Positions 40,986 to 50,296 of a DNA stretch of 64,000 nucleotides are shown piece by piece (position 1 is the first letter of the stretch; each line of letters opens with the position of its first letter). The DNA is from an uncultured Candidatus Rokubacteria bacterium. GTDB taxonomy: Bacteria > Methylomirabilota > Methylomirabilia > Rokubacteriales > CSP1-6. The DNA lies in assembly GCA_963771355.1 (NCBI GenBank), contig CAVYTA010000006.1:1760001-1824000 (forward strand), read 5' to 3'. The notes under the pieces were generated by a model. The model saw nothing but the letters and a program-made list of their open reading frames with translations. It had not been told where the DNA came from and made no database searches. A program made the translations under genes and the position numbers.

Positions 40986-41975
40986 ATGGCCAAGCTCAGG
41001 ATCGGCTTCATCCCCATCGAGGGGGGACACTACTACCGCGAGGCCCTGGAGGAGGTCGTTCGCGCCGAGGAGCTCGGATTCGACTCGGTGTGGATGGAGG
41101 AGCACCACTCCGTGGTGAACCACTACTGGCCGTCACCCCTGCCGGTGCTGGCGGGCTTCGCCGCCCGCACCAGCAAGATGGTGCTGGGCACCGACATCCT
41201 GGTGGCGCCCTTCTACCATCCCACCCGGCTGGCGGAGGACTGCGCGCTGCTCGACATCATGTCGAACGGGCGCTTCGTCCTCGGCATCGCCATCGGCTAC
41301 AAGCCGGACGAGTTCGCGCTGTATGGCGCCGAGCTGGAAAAGCGCGGCGCCCGCTTCGAGGAGCAGATGGCCATCGTCAAGGGCCTCTGGACCAAGGACC
41401 GGATCACCCACAAGGGCACCTACTATCAGCTCGAGGGCAGCCTCGAGCCGAAACCGATCACGCCGGGCGGGCCGCCGGTGTGGATCGGCGGCTGGGGTGA
41501 CATCACTCTGCGCCGCGCCGCCACCATGGCCGACAACTGGATCCCCGGCCCCACCGGCGAGCTGCCGCGCCTCCTCAAGGGCAAGGCCCAGTTCCTGGCC
41601 AATCGCCAGGCGGCGGGCATCACCGCTTCCCTCGCGGAGTGGCCGCTCACGCGCGACGTCATCATCGCCGACACCGAGAAGCAGGCGCGCGAGCTGGCCG
41701 AGAAGCACATCATGGTGTCGTACCGGAAGGAGTACGCGGGCGGCTGGCGGCACCCCTTCATCGATGCCTCCATCGCCGTCGACCTCGACAAGGTCAAGAA
41801 GGATCGCTTCCTGATCGGCAGTCCCGACCAAGTCATCCGCGACCTCAAGCCCTTCGTGGAGCAGTACGGCATGGACCACCTGATCTGCCGGCTCTTCTTC
41901 CCCGGGATGCCCCACACGCACATCATGCGCGAGCTGGAGCTCCTGGCGAAGGAGGTCATGCCGGCCTTCAAGTGA
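40986..41975 (+). CDS. LLM-class flavin-dependent oxidoreductase
   Basis: AEELGFDSVWMEEHH, HPTRLAED, LDIMSNGR, PPVWIGG. Confidence 0.92.
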   Translation: MAKLRIGFIPIEGGHYYREALEEVVRAEELGFDSVWMEEHHSVVNHYWPSPLPVLAGFAARTSKMVLGTDILVAPFYHPTRLAEDCALLDIMSNGRFVLGIAIGYKPDEFALYGAELEKRGARFEEQMAIVKGLWTKDRITHKGTYYQLEGSLEPKPITPGGPPVWIGGWGDITLRRAATMADNWIPGPTGELPRLLKGKAQFLANRQAAGITASLAEWPLTRDVIIADTEKQARELAEKHIMVSYRKEYAGGWRHPFIDASIAVDLDKVKKDRFLIGSPDQVIRDLKPFVEQYGMDHLICRLFFPGMPHTHIMRELELLAKEVMPAFK

Positions 41976-42673
41976 GCGAGCCCTTCACCGATCCCGCCAC
42001 GGTGGACGGGGAGGCCGTCCCCGCGACGGTGGCCGGCGGCTCCTCCCTCCGCGGTGCGCTCGTGGGGGCGCTCGCGCGCGCGGGCCTCGGGGGCGCGGCG
42101 ATGGCCCTGGCGGCCTGGATCCTCCAGCAATCCGGCTTCGCGCTCGCCACCGGCCACGGATTCCCCGACGCCGCCGCGCGCGTCCTCATGCTCGCGGCGT
42201 ATGGCCTGCTCGGCGCGGCGTGCGGGTTCGTCCATGCGCTGGCGGGCAGCGCGCTGGGCGTGGTCGAGCGCGTCGATCGTGTGCTCCAGACGCGCCTCGA
42301 GCCGCACGTGACGGGGCTCCTCGGCCGCATGTTCCCGGGCACGCCGACCATCACCGTGGACCAGATCGCGACCGCGGTGGATCGGCTCATCGCGCTGGCG
42401 GCGGACCCCTCGCGACCCGGCCTGCCGCGGATGCTGCTCGGCTGGGCGCTCCGGCGGGGAGGCGCGGCGCTGCTTCGCGAGGCGCGGACGCGTGCGGGAT
42501 CGGAAGGGCGGCTGACCCTCGCCGAGGCGTCCGCGCTCCTCCGGGAGCATCTCGTCCGCCTCGCCACCGGCCAGCTCCGCTCGCGGCTGTCCATCGCCCG
42601 CCAGCTCGCCGTCTGGATCTCGGCCCTCGCCGTCCTCGGCCCGGCGGCCTGGCTCGCGCTCCGGAGCCCATGA
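41972..42673 (+). CDS. Hypothetical membrane protein
   Basis: GTGA/ATGA overlaps with both neighbours; about 3 hydrophobic segments. Confidence 0.6.
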   Translation: MSEPFTDPATVDGEAVPATVAGGSSLRGALVGALARAGLGGAAMALAAWILQQSGFALATGHGFPDAAARVLMLAAYGLLGAACGFVHALAGSALGVVERVDRVLQTRLEPHVTGLLGRMFPGTPTITVDQIATAVDRLIALAADPSRPGLPRMLLGWALRRGGAALLREARTRAGSEGRLTLAEASALLREHLVRLATGQLRSRLSIARQLAVWISALAVLGPAAWLALRSP

Positions 42674-44142
42674 GCGGCCTGCCCCTGGCGCTCAAGTCGG
42701 CTTCCTTCCACGTGCGGAGCCTGCGCACGCGGCTGCCGTTCCGCTACGGCATCGTCACCCTCACCCACTTTCCGCTCCTGCACCTCGCCATCGAGGTGGA
42801 GACGGCGGACGGCCGGCGCGGCCGGGGCTTTGCCGCCGACAACCTGCCCCCGAAGTGGTTCGACAAGGACCCCACCAAGTCGTTCCGTGACAACGTGGAG
42901 GACGAGCTGGCGTCCATCCGCGCCGCCGAGACCGCCTATCTCGACGCCGCGCGCGCGCCGCGCCCCATGTTCGACATCTGGGAGGGCGCGTACCGCGCGT
43001 CGCGCGCGCAGTGCCGCGCGCTCGGCCTCAACGGGCTCACCGCGTCCTTCGGGTCCTCTTTCTTCGAGCGGGCCCTCGCGGACGCCGCCGGACGTCTGGC
43101 CGGCCTCGACGTGGGAGGCATGCTCCGCGCGAATACGCTCGGATTGCGGCCGGAGGCGGTGCATCCGGGCCTCACGCTCGACCATCTCCGGGCCTGGGCG
43201 ATGGCGGCGCCGCCGGAGCACCTCGCGGTGCGCCACACCGTCGGACTCCTCGATCCCATCGTCGCCGCCGACGTACCCGCGGACGGCTGGCTGCGGGATG
43301 GCCTGCCCCAGACGCTCGAGGAGTGCATCCAGCAATATGGGCTCACCCACTTCAAGCTGAAGGTGGGCGGCTCGCTCGACGCGGACCTCGACCGCCTGGG
43401 CGTCATCGCGGCCACCCTCGACCGCCTCGTCCCCGGGGCCTATGTCGTGACCCTCGACGGCAACGAGCAGTACAAGTCCATGGCCGACTTCTCGCGCCTG
43501 GTGGACGCCATGGAGAGGGCGCCCGTGCTGGCCCGGCTCGTGGCCGCCATCGCCTTCATCGAGCAGCCGCTCGACCGCCACATCGCCCTCGATCCGGCCG
43601 CCACCGAGGGGCTGGGGGAGCTGGGCCGGCGCCTGCCCATGCTCATCGACGAGAGCGACGCCGAGCTGGACTCCTTCCCCACCGCGGTGAGGCTCGGCTA
43701 CCGGGGCGTGTCCACCAAGAACTGCAAGGGGATCGTGAAGTCCCTGCTCAACCGCTCCCTGGTGGAGCGGGAGAATCGCGGCCGCGCGCCCTCGACACGG
43801 CTGTTCATGAGCGCGGAAGACCTCACCAACGTGCCGGTGGTGCCGCTGCAGCAGGACCTCGCCACCGTGCGCGCGCTCGGTATCGGCCACGTGGAGCGGA
43901 ACGGACATCACTACGTGCGCGGCCTCGCCCACTGCTCGTCCGCCGAGCGCGCGGAAGCCACGCGGCGTCACCCCGACCTCTACGAGGGCGACGCGCGCGA
44001 GGCGCGCCTCCGGATCGAGGACGGGCGGCTCCGCGTGGGCTCCCTCGCCGTGCCCGGTTACGGGGTGGGCTTCGAGCCGGATCTCGACTCGATGACGCCG
44101 CTGGAGCGCTGGAGCCCGGCGCGCGTGGAGGACCGCGCCTGA
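42670..44142 (+). CDS. Enolase-superfamily (mandelate racemase-like) protein
   Basis: RLPFRYG, FKLKVGG, LDGNEQY, IEQP, IDESD metal ligands. Confidence 0.82.
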   Translation: MSGLPLALKSASFHVRSLRTRLPFRYGIVTLTHFPLLHLAIEVETADGRRGRGFAADNLPPKWFDKDPTKSFRDNVEDELASIRAAETAYLDAARAPRPMFDIWEGAYRASRAQCRALGLNGLTASFGSSFFERALADAAGRLAGLDVGGMLRANTLGLRPEAVHPGLTLDHLRAWAMAAPPEHLAVRHTVGLLDPIVAADVPADGWLRDGLPQTLEECIQQYGLTHFKLKVGGSLDADLDRLGVIAATLDRLVPGAYVVTLDGNEQYKSMADFSRLVDAMERAPVLARLVAAIAFIEQPLDRHIALDPAATEGLGELGRRLPMLIDESDAELDSFPTAVRLGYRGVSTKNCKGIVKSLLNRSLVERENRGRAPSTRLFMSAEDLTNVPVVPLQQDLATVRALGIGHVERNGHHYVRGLAHCSSAERAEATRRHPDLYEGDAREARLRIEDGRLRVGSLAVPGYGVGFEPDLDSMTPLERWSPARVEDRA

Positions 44143-45182
44143 TCTTCTATCGCACCAATCGCTCGTTCGCGTGGAACGCGGCGCATCCGCCCAAGCTGCC
44201 GGCGCGCCCGCGCAAGCGGATCGCCCACCCACCGGTGCCGCTGTTCGGCCGGCGCGTGTCGAGCCCGATCGGGATCGCCGCGGGGCCCCTGCCCAACTCC
44301 AAGTGGATCGAGGCCTACGCGCGTCTCGGCTACGGCCTCTTCACCTACAAGACCGTGCGCAGCACCGCGCGGCTCGCCTACCCGGCGCCGAATCTCCTCT
44401 TCTGCCGGCTCGGCGATCCCGCGGTGGCGGAGGCCAAGGCGCCGCGCAAGACCGATCCCGAGACGGTCACCTGGGCCACCTCGTTCGGGCTGCCCTCGGC
44501 CGAGCCGGACGTGTGGCGCGCCGACGTCAAGCGCGCGCGCGCCAAGCTCGCCCCGGATCAGCTCCTCATCGTGAGTGTGGCCGGCACGCCCCAGCCCGGC
44601 GGCGACGCCGAGCAGCTCGCACGGGACTACGCCACCTGCGCGCGCTGGGCGGCGGAGGCGGGCGCGGACGTGGTGGAGGTGCACCTGGCCTGTCCCAACA
44701 CCGCCGCCGAGCAAGCGCACATGGTCTATGAGGACAAGGAGCTGTCGGGCCTCATCATCGAGCGGGTGCGCCGCGCCACCGGCGGCACGCCGCTGGTCGC
44801 GAAGCTGGGCGCGCTGGCCGGCCCACGCGTGCTCCACGAGCTGGCCACGCGCCTGGCGCCCTGGCTCGACGGCTTCGTCCTCGTCAACGGGCTCCAGCGG
44901 AAAGTGATCAGGCCCGAGGGCACGCCCGCCTTTCCGGGCTCGGGCCGGGACCTGGCCGGCGTGGTGGGGGCCGAGGTCTATGACACCTGCCGCATCCAGG
45001 TGGAGGAGCTGCTCGCCTGGCGCAAGGCCGGCGCCTGGGACCGCGTGGTGTTCGCGGTGGGTGGCCTCACCACCGCCGAGCGCGCGCGCGCCGCGCTGGA
45101 CGCGGGCGCCAATGCCGCGCTGGTGGCCACCGCCGCGCTGTCCGACCCGCTCTTCGCCGCGCGCTTTCCCCCGAAGCGGTAA
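44139..45182 (+). CDS. Dihydroorotate-dehydrogenase-like FMN TIM-barrel protein, probable CTG start
   Basis: PIGIAAGP, YKTVRS, HLACPN, AVGG; GGAGGA then CTG 44139 overlapping upstream TGA. Confidence 0.75.
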   Translation: MIFYRTNRSFAWNAAHPPKLPARPRKRIAHPPVPLFGRRVSSPIGIAAGPLPNSKWIEAYARLGYGLFTYKTVRSTARLAYPAPNLLFCRLGDPAVAEAKAPRKTDPETVTWATSFGLPSAEPDVWRADVKRARAKLAPDQLLIVSVAGTPQPGGDAEQLARDYATCARWAAEAGADVVEVHLACPNTAAEQAHMVYEDKELSGLIIERVRRATGGTPLVAKLGALAGPRVLHELATRLAPWLDGFVLVNGLQRKVIRPEGTPAFPGSGRDLAGVVGAEVYDTCRIQVEELLAWRKAGAWDRVVFAVGGLTTAERARAALDAGANAALVATAALSDPLFAARFPPKR

Positions 45183-46623
45183 GCGTCAGCCGCGCGGCGG
45201 CACCACGGACTGGGATGCGGTCGGCCCAGGGCTGGGCCGCCTCGAAGGCCGCCGCCGCGCGCAGCACCGCGGCTTCGCCGCCCCGCTTGCCGACGATCTG
45301 AAGTCCTACCGGCAGACCATCTCCCGTGAAGCCGGCGGGGATGGAAATCGCCGGCAGCCCCAGCACGGAAAACGCGTAGGTCAGGTACGAGCGCTGAAGC
45401 GTCCTGCCCACCGGCTGCCCGTCGATGGCCTGCGCATGCGGCTGCTCGATGGGGAAGGGCGGCGTCGCGGAGGTCGGCGTGATCCAGAGATCGCGCCCGG
45501 CCAGGAACTCGCGCACGCGATTCCAGAGGGCGGAGCGGAGCAGCTCGCCGCGCGCGATGTCGGACGAGGTGAGCGCCAGCCCCTGCTCGGTGTTCTCCAC
45601 GAGACCCGCCTGCAGCACGTCGCGATGCCGGGGCAGCTTCTCGGCATGGCGCGCCACCATGAGCAAGCCGCGCGTGAGCCGCACGATCTCCGGGGCCTCG
45701 CCCATGTCGGGGCAAGCCGCCTCCATCCGCGCCCCTGCCCCGCGGAAGACACCCACCGCCGCCTCGAATACCTCACGCACCTCCCGGTCCACCACGACCA
45801 GCCCGCCGAGGTCCGGCGTCCACGCGATGCGCCAGCCCTTCACGGACGGGGCCCTGAGCGCACGCAGGAACTCGCGCGTGTCCACGGCATACGAGATCGG
45901 CGAGCGCTCGTCGGGGCCCGCCATGACCGACAGCATCAGCGCGGCGTCGGCCACGGTGCGCGCCATGGGGCCTTCCACCGAGTAGGTGTCCCACGCGAGC
46001 ACCGAGGGATGGCGCGGGATGAGCCCGGGGGTGGTGCGAAACCCGACCACGCCGCAGTGGGACGCCGGCCCCCGGAGCGAGCCGCCGAGATCGGTGCCCT
46101 CCGCGATCGGACACATGCCCGTGGCCAGCGCCGCCGCGGAGCCACCGCTCGACCCGCCGGCGGTGCGGGCGAGGTTCCACGGATTGCGCGTGGCCCCGAA
46201 CACCGCGTTCACGGTGTTCGGGCCGAACGCGAACTCCGGCGTATTGGTCTTGCCGAGCACGATGGCCCCCGCCGCCCGCAGCCGCTCCACCACCAGCGCG
46301 TCCGCGTCGGGCACGTGGTCCTTGAACAAGGTGGACCCGTAGGTCGTGAGGATCCCCTTGGTCTGGGTGACGTCCTTGATGCCGACGGGCACGCCGAAGA
46401 GCGGCGGCAGCGGCTTGCCCCGGCGGAGCCCGGCGGTGGCCCGGCGCGCCTCCCGCAGCGCCGCGTCCCGCGCCAGCGTGACGAAGGCGTTCACCTGGGG
46501 ATTCACCGCGTCGATGCGGGCCAGCACCGCCTGCATCACCTCCAGCGGCGAGACGGTGCCGGCGCGGTAGAGGCGGGCCAGCTGTACGGCGGGCGTGAAG
46601 GCGAGATCGCGGGCCGGCGTCAT
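45067..46623 (-). CDS. Amidase signature enzyme (true 3' end possibly 45186)
   Basis: GVPVGIKD, GKTNTPEF, GGSSGGS, GTDLGGSLRGPA; the tail overlapping the convergent gene suggests an indel. Confidence 0.9.
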   Translation of the reverse strand: MTPARDLAFTPAVQLARLYRAGTVSPLEVMQAVLARIDAVNPQVNAFVTLARDAALREARRATAGLRRGKPLPPLFGVPVGIKDVTQTKGILTTYGSTLFKDHVPDADALVVERLRAAGAIVLGKTNTPEFAFGPNTVNAVFGATRNPWNLARTAGGSSGGSAAALATGMCPIAEGTDLGGSLRGPASHCGVVGFRTTPGLIPRHPSVLAWDTYSVEGPMARTVADAALMLSVMAGPDERSPISYAVDTREFLRALRAPSVKGWRIAWTPDLGGLVVVDREVREVFEAAVGVFRGAGARMEAACPDMGEAPEIVRLTRGLLMVARHAEKLPRHRDVLQAGLVENTEQGLALTSSDIARGELLRSALWNRVREFLAGRDLWITPTSATPPFPIEQPHAQAIDGQPVGRTLQRSYLTYAFSVLGLPAISIPAGFTGDGLPVGLQIVGKRGGEAAVLRAAAAFEAAQPWADRIPVRGAAARLTLTASGESARRRAGRTARRWPPARHWRPRPARRARARRW

Positions 46624-47420
46624 TCGAGGATTGTAGGATTTCGCGAGTTCAGCGTCTCGTAGATTTCCAGCGCCAGCCGGCCGAAGGCGGGGTCGGCGCG
46701 CTGGGCCATGGTGCGCGGGCGCGGGAGCGCCACCTCCACCACCCGCGCCACGCGGCCGGGGCGTGGGGTCATCACCACCACGCGGTCGGCGAGGAACACC
46801 GCCTCGGGAATGGAGTGGGTGACGAAGAGGATGGTCTTGCGCTGCTCGCGGGGGCCCGACGCCTCCCCCCACACGCGCAGCAGCTCGAGGTTCATCTCGT
46901 CGCGGGTCATGGCGTCCAGCGCGCCGAAGGGCTCGTCCATGAGGAGGATGGGCGGGTCCAGGATGAGGGCGCGGCAGAGGGAGGCCCGCTGCTGCATGCC
47001 GCCCGAGAGCTCGGCCGGATACTTCTCGGCGAAGTCGGCGAGGCCGGTCGTCCGCAGGAGCTCCAGGGCCCGCGCGCGGTAGTCGTCGCGCCGGCGCCCC
47101 ATGAGATCCACCGGCAGGAGCACGTTGTCCAGGAGCCGGCGCCAGCGGAGCAGCACCGGCGCCTGGAAGACCATGCCGACGGCGGGGAGCGGCGCGACCA
47201 CCTCGCGGCCCTCCACGCGGGCGCGTCCCGCGGTGGGGGGCCGGAGGCCCGCGACGACCCGGAGGAGGGTGGACTTCCCGCAGCCCGACGGGCCGACCAG
47301 CGCCACCAGCTCGCCGCGGCCCACGCCGAACGAGATACCCTGGAGCGCCTCGACGGGGCCGCTCGCCGAGGCGTAGGTCATGCCGACGCCGTCGAGCTCG
47401 ATCAGCACGGCGCGGGACAC
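46620..47420 (-). CDS. ABC ATPase (NitT/TauT type)
   Basis: [26 protein letters not shown]. Confidence 0.93.
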   Translation of the reverse strand: MSRAVLIELDGVGMTYASASGPVEALQGISFGVGRGELVALVGPSGCGKSTLLRVVAGLRPPTAGRARVEGREVVAPLPAVGMVFQAPVLLRWRRLLDNVLLPVDLMGRRRDDYRARALELLRTTGLADFAEKYPAELSGGMQQRASLCRALILDPPILLMDEPFGALDAMTRDEMNLELLRVWGEASGPREQRKTILFVTHSIPEAVFLADRVVVMTPRPGRVARVVEVALPRPRTMAQRADPAFGRLALEIYETLNSRNPTILE

Positions 47421-47443
47421 GCGCCCGCCTGACGCATCCGCGG

Positions 47444-48442
47444 CTAGCGCGTGCTCTTGGGCGGCTCGATCTTGGTCAAGAAGGAGTTGGTGAAGACCTC
47501 GTCGCAGCCCACCTTGCGAGGCATGTCCATGTAGGTGTTGATCAGCTCGACGGTGCGGCACATCTTGGCGCGGTCCATCCAGCCGATCCCGTTCTGAGCG
47601 TAGCGGTCGGTCTTCATGAGCTCGAGCCCCAGCATCATGTTGGGCTCGATGAGGGTGAGGTCGATCTCGGGCACCCGCTTCCGGAAGATCTCCAGCGCGG
47701 CCTTGGGGTTCTCCATCACGTCCCGCCAGCCGCGGTAGGAGGCGTCGAGGAAGTCCTTCAGCACCTTGGGGCGCTCGTTGATTGTCTTCTCGCTGGCCAT
47801 GATGGACATGGAGTAGGTGTCGAAGCCGTACTGGAACCACGGCATGCGGACGAGATTCTCCTTGCCCACCGCCTTCTCCCAGAAGGGCTGCCCGGTGGTG
47901 TAATCGGGCACGGCATCCGCGCGCTTCTCGGACAGCGCCACGAACTTGGCCGCGGGCTCGATGTTGACCCAGGTCACCTTCTTCTCGTCGATGCCGTTGA
48001 TCCGCGCGAAGGCGGGAAAGAGCTGGCGCTGCGAGTCGCCCGGCGGGGCCGCGAGGGTCTTGCCCTCGAGGTCCTTGGGCTTGACGATGCCGGTGTCCTT
48101 GCGGGTCCAGATATTCAGCGGAGTGAGGTCGAAGACCGCGCCCACCACCTTGATCTTGGCGCCCTTGGCCACCAGCGGGATCACCACGCTGGCGTCGGCC
48201 AGGCCCACGTCGGCACGGCCGGTGTCCACCTTGGCGATGGAGTCGCCGGAGCCCTTGGAGTTCTGGAGCTCGACGTCGAGCCCCTTGTCACGGTAGTAGC
48301 CCTTCTCCAGCGCTACCCAGTAGGCGGCGTGGTCGCCGACGGCGAACCAGTTCAGCGCGAACACCACCTTCTGCGGCGCCTGGGCGAAGGCGGGCACGGT
48401 CAGCACGAGGACCAGGAGCGCGGTGAGCACGAGTCGGAGCAT
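47444..48442 (-). CDS. ABC substrate-binding protein (NMT1/THI5-like)
   Basis: Signal peptide MLRLVLTALL..AFAQ; LNWFAVGDHAAY, PKDLEGK, FTNSF; AAGGAG RBS. Confidence 0.9.
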   Translation of the reverse strand: MLRLVLTALLVLVLTVPAFAQAPQKVVFALNWFAVGDHAAYWVALEKGYYRDKGLDVELQNSKGSGDSIAKVDTGRADVGLADASVVIPLVAKGAKIKVVGAVFDLTPLNIWTRKDTGIVKPKDLEGKTLAAPPGDSQRQLFPAFARINGIDEKKVTWVNIEPAAKFVALSEKRADAVPDYTTGQPFWEKAVGKENLVRMPWFQYGFDTYSMSIMASEKTINERPKVLKDFLDASYRGWRDVMENPKAALEIFRKRVPEIDLTLIEPNMMLGLELMKTDRYAQNGIGWMDRAKMCRTVELINTYMDMPRKVGCDEVFTNSFLTKIEPPKSTR

Positions 48443-48465
48443 GGGCTTCTCCTTGCGGTGGCGGT

Positions 48466-49233
48466 TCAGGATGCGTTGCCGGTCTCCGCCCAGGGGGCGA
48501 GCCAGCGCGCGGCGAGGCCGACGGCGCCGTAGACCAGGAGGCCGACGACGGAGATCCAGACGAGAGCGGCGAAGGCCACCGGTGTGTTGAGGTTGGTCTG
48601 GGTGACGACGATCACGCTGCCCAGGCCGGCCTGGGAGGCGACGAACTCGCCCACGATGGCCCCCACCACCGCGGCGGTGGCGGTGATCTTCAGCGCGCTG
48701 AGGATGTACGGAAAGGCGTTCGGGATACGGATCGTGGCGAACACCTTCCACTTGGGCGCCCCGAACACGCGCCCCAGGTCGAGCATGTCCGACTCCACCT
48801 GGGTGAGGCCCACCGCGGTATTGATGACCACCGGGAAGAAGCCGATGAGGGCGCCGATGAGCATGTTGGGGAAGATGCCGTAGCCGAGCCACAGGAGAAA
48901 GAGCGGCGCCACCGCCACCTTCGGCAGCGTGTTGACGAAGACGAGGAAGGGCACCAGCGCGCTGGCCACGGTGGGCGACCACGCGATGGCGGTGCCGAGC
49001 AGCACCCCCACCGCGCCGGCGAGGAGGAAGGCGCCCACGATCTCCACGCTGGTGATCCAGATGTGATGCGCCCACGGGATGCGGAAGTCGACGGCGGCCC
49101 GCAGCACCGCCCACGGCCCCGGGAGGAGATACTCGCGAATCCGGAACACGGACACCGCGAGCTGCCACGCCGCGAGGAGCGAGGCGAAGAGGAGCAGCGA
49201 GGGCAGGTAGCGGCGGAGCGCGGTGGATCGCAT
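48466..49233 (-). CDS. ABC permease (NitT/TauT type)
   Basis: LPKVAVAPLF, FFPVVINT, GAIVGEF. Confidence 0.9.
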   Translation of the reverse strand: MRSTALRRYLPSLLLFASLLAAWQLAVSVFRIREYLLPGPWAVLRAAVDFRIPWAHHIWITSVEIVGAFLLAGAVGVLLGTAIAWSPTVASALVPFLVFVNTLPKVAVAPLFLLWLGYGIFPNMLIGALIGFFPVVINTAVGLTQVESDMLDLGRVFGAPKWKVFATIRIPNAFPYILSALKITATAAVVGAIVGEFVASQAGLGSVIVVTQTNLNTPVAFAALVWISVVGLLVYGAVGLAARWLAPWAETGNAS

Positions 49234-49303
49234 GCGCAGGATGGAGGGATTGTCCGGCCGCCGCGCCGGACCTGTCAATGGTGTTTGTGGTACGCTCCGG
49301 CCG

Positions 49304-50296
49304 ATGCGCTGGCTCATCGTCCTGCCCTTCGAGCGGGCCGAGCACATGGGGATGGACCTGCGCGACGAGCTCCGCGCGCTGGGCCACGAGGTCCGGACCT
49401 TCGCGTACCGCCGCGACAATCCGCTGTACAAGAACCGCGGCACCAAGGCCGCCTATCAGCTCTGGATCCTGCGCCGGCTGGAGCGCGCCTGCCTGGACTG
49501 GCGCCCCGCGGTGGTGCTGGTGGTCAAGGGCGGGCCCATCACGCCGGGGGTGATCCGCCGGGTCAAGGCGCGGGTGGACACGCTGTTCGTGAATCTGTTC
49601 CCCGACAACCCACTGTGGATGATTCCCTTCGAGTCCATCGAGGCCTACGACCTCTTCCTCACCAAGGAGCGGTACGCGCTGCGGGCGCTGGAGAGCGTGG
49701 GGTTGCGCAATCTCTACTATCTCCCGCTCTACTGCGTTCCGGAGATCCACCACCCGGTGACGCCCACGCCGGAGCAGGTGCGCGAGCTCCGGGGCACGGT
49801 GGCCTTCGTGGGCAGCCGGTACCCGTATCGCGAGCGCTTCGTGCGCGAGCTGGCCTCGTATCCCCTGCGTCTGTGGGGGAGCGGATGGGACCGCGCGGAG
49901 TCGTCCGAGGTGCGCAACCTGGTCGCGGGCGGCCCGGTCTGGGGCGAGGCCAAGCTGGCGATCTACTGCGGGGCCACGCTGTCGCTCAACCACCATCACC
50001 CGATGAACGACATCGTGGGCGTGAACACGCGCGCCTTCGAGCTGGCCGCCGCCGGCGCCTGCCAGGTGGCGGATCACAAGGATGAGCTCCCCGCCCTCTT
50101 CGCCCCCGGCCACGAGGTGATCACCTACCGCGATCTCCACGAGCTGCGCCGCCACCTCGACTACTACCTGGCCCATCCCGACGAGGCGCGCGAGATCGGC
50201 CAGAACGCGCTCAAGCGCGCGCTGGGCGAGCATACCCTGCGCCATCGCATCGAGGAGATCGTCCACGAGCTGGACCGGCGGTTTGGCGTCCGCTAG
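49304..50296 (+). CDS. CgeB-like glycosyltransferase (GT-B)
   Basis: VAFVGSRYPYRE, NTRAFELAAAG, EHTLRHR. Confidence 0.85.
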   Translation: MRWLIVLPFERAEHMGMDLRDELRALGHEVRTFAYRRDNPLYKNRGTKAAYQLWILRRLERACLDWRPAVVLVVKGGPITPGVIRRVKARVDTLFVNLFPDNPLWMIPFESIEAYDLFLTKERYALRALESVGLRNLYYLPLYCVPEIHHPVTPTPEQVRELRGTVAFVGSRYPYRERFVRELASYPLRLWGSGWDRAESSEVRNLVAGGPVWGEAKLAIYCGATLSLNHHHPMNDIVGVNTRAFELAAAGACQVADHKDELPALFAPGHEVITYRDLHELRRHLDYYLAHPDEAREIGQNALKRALGEHTLRHRIEEIVHELDRRFGVR

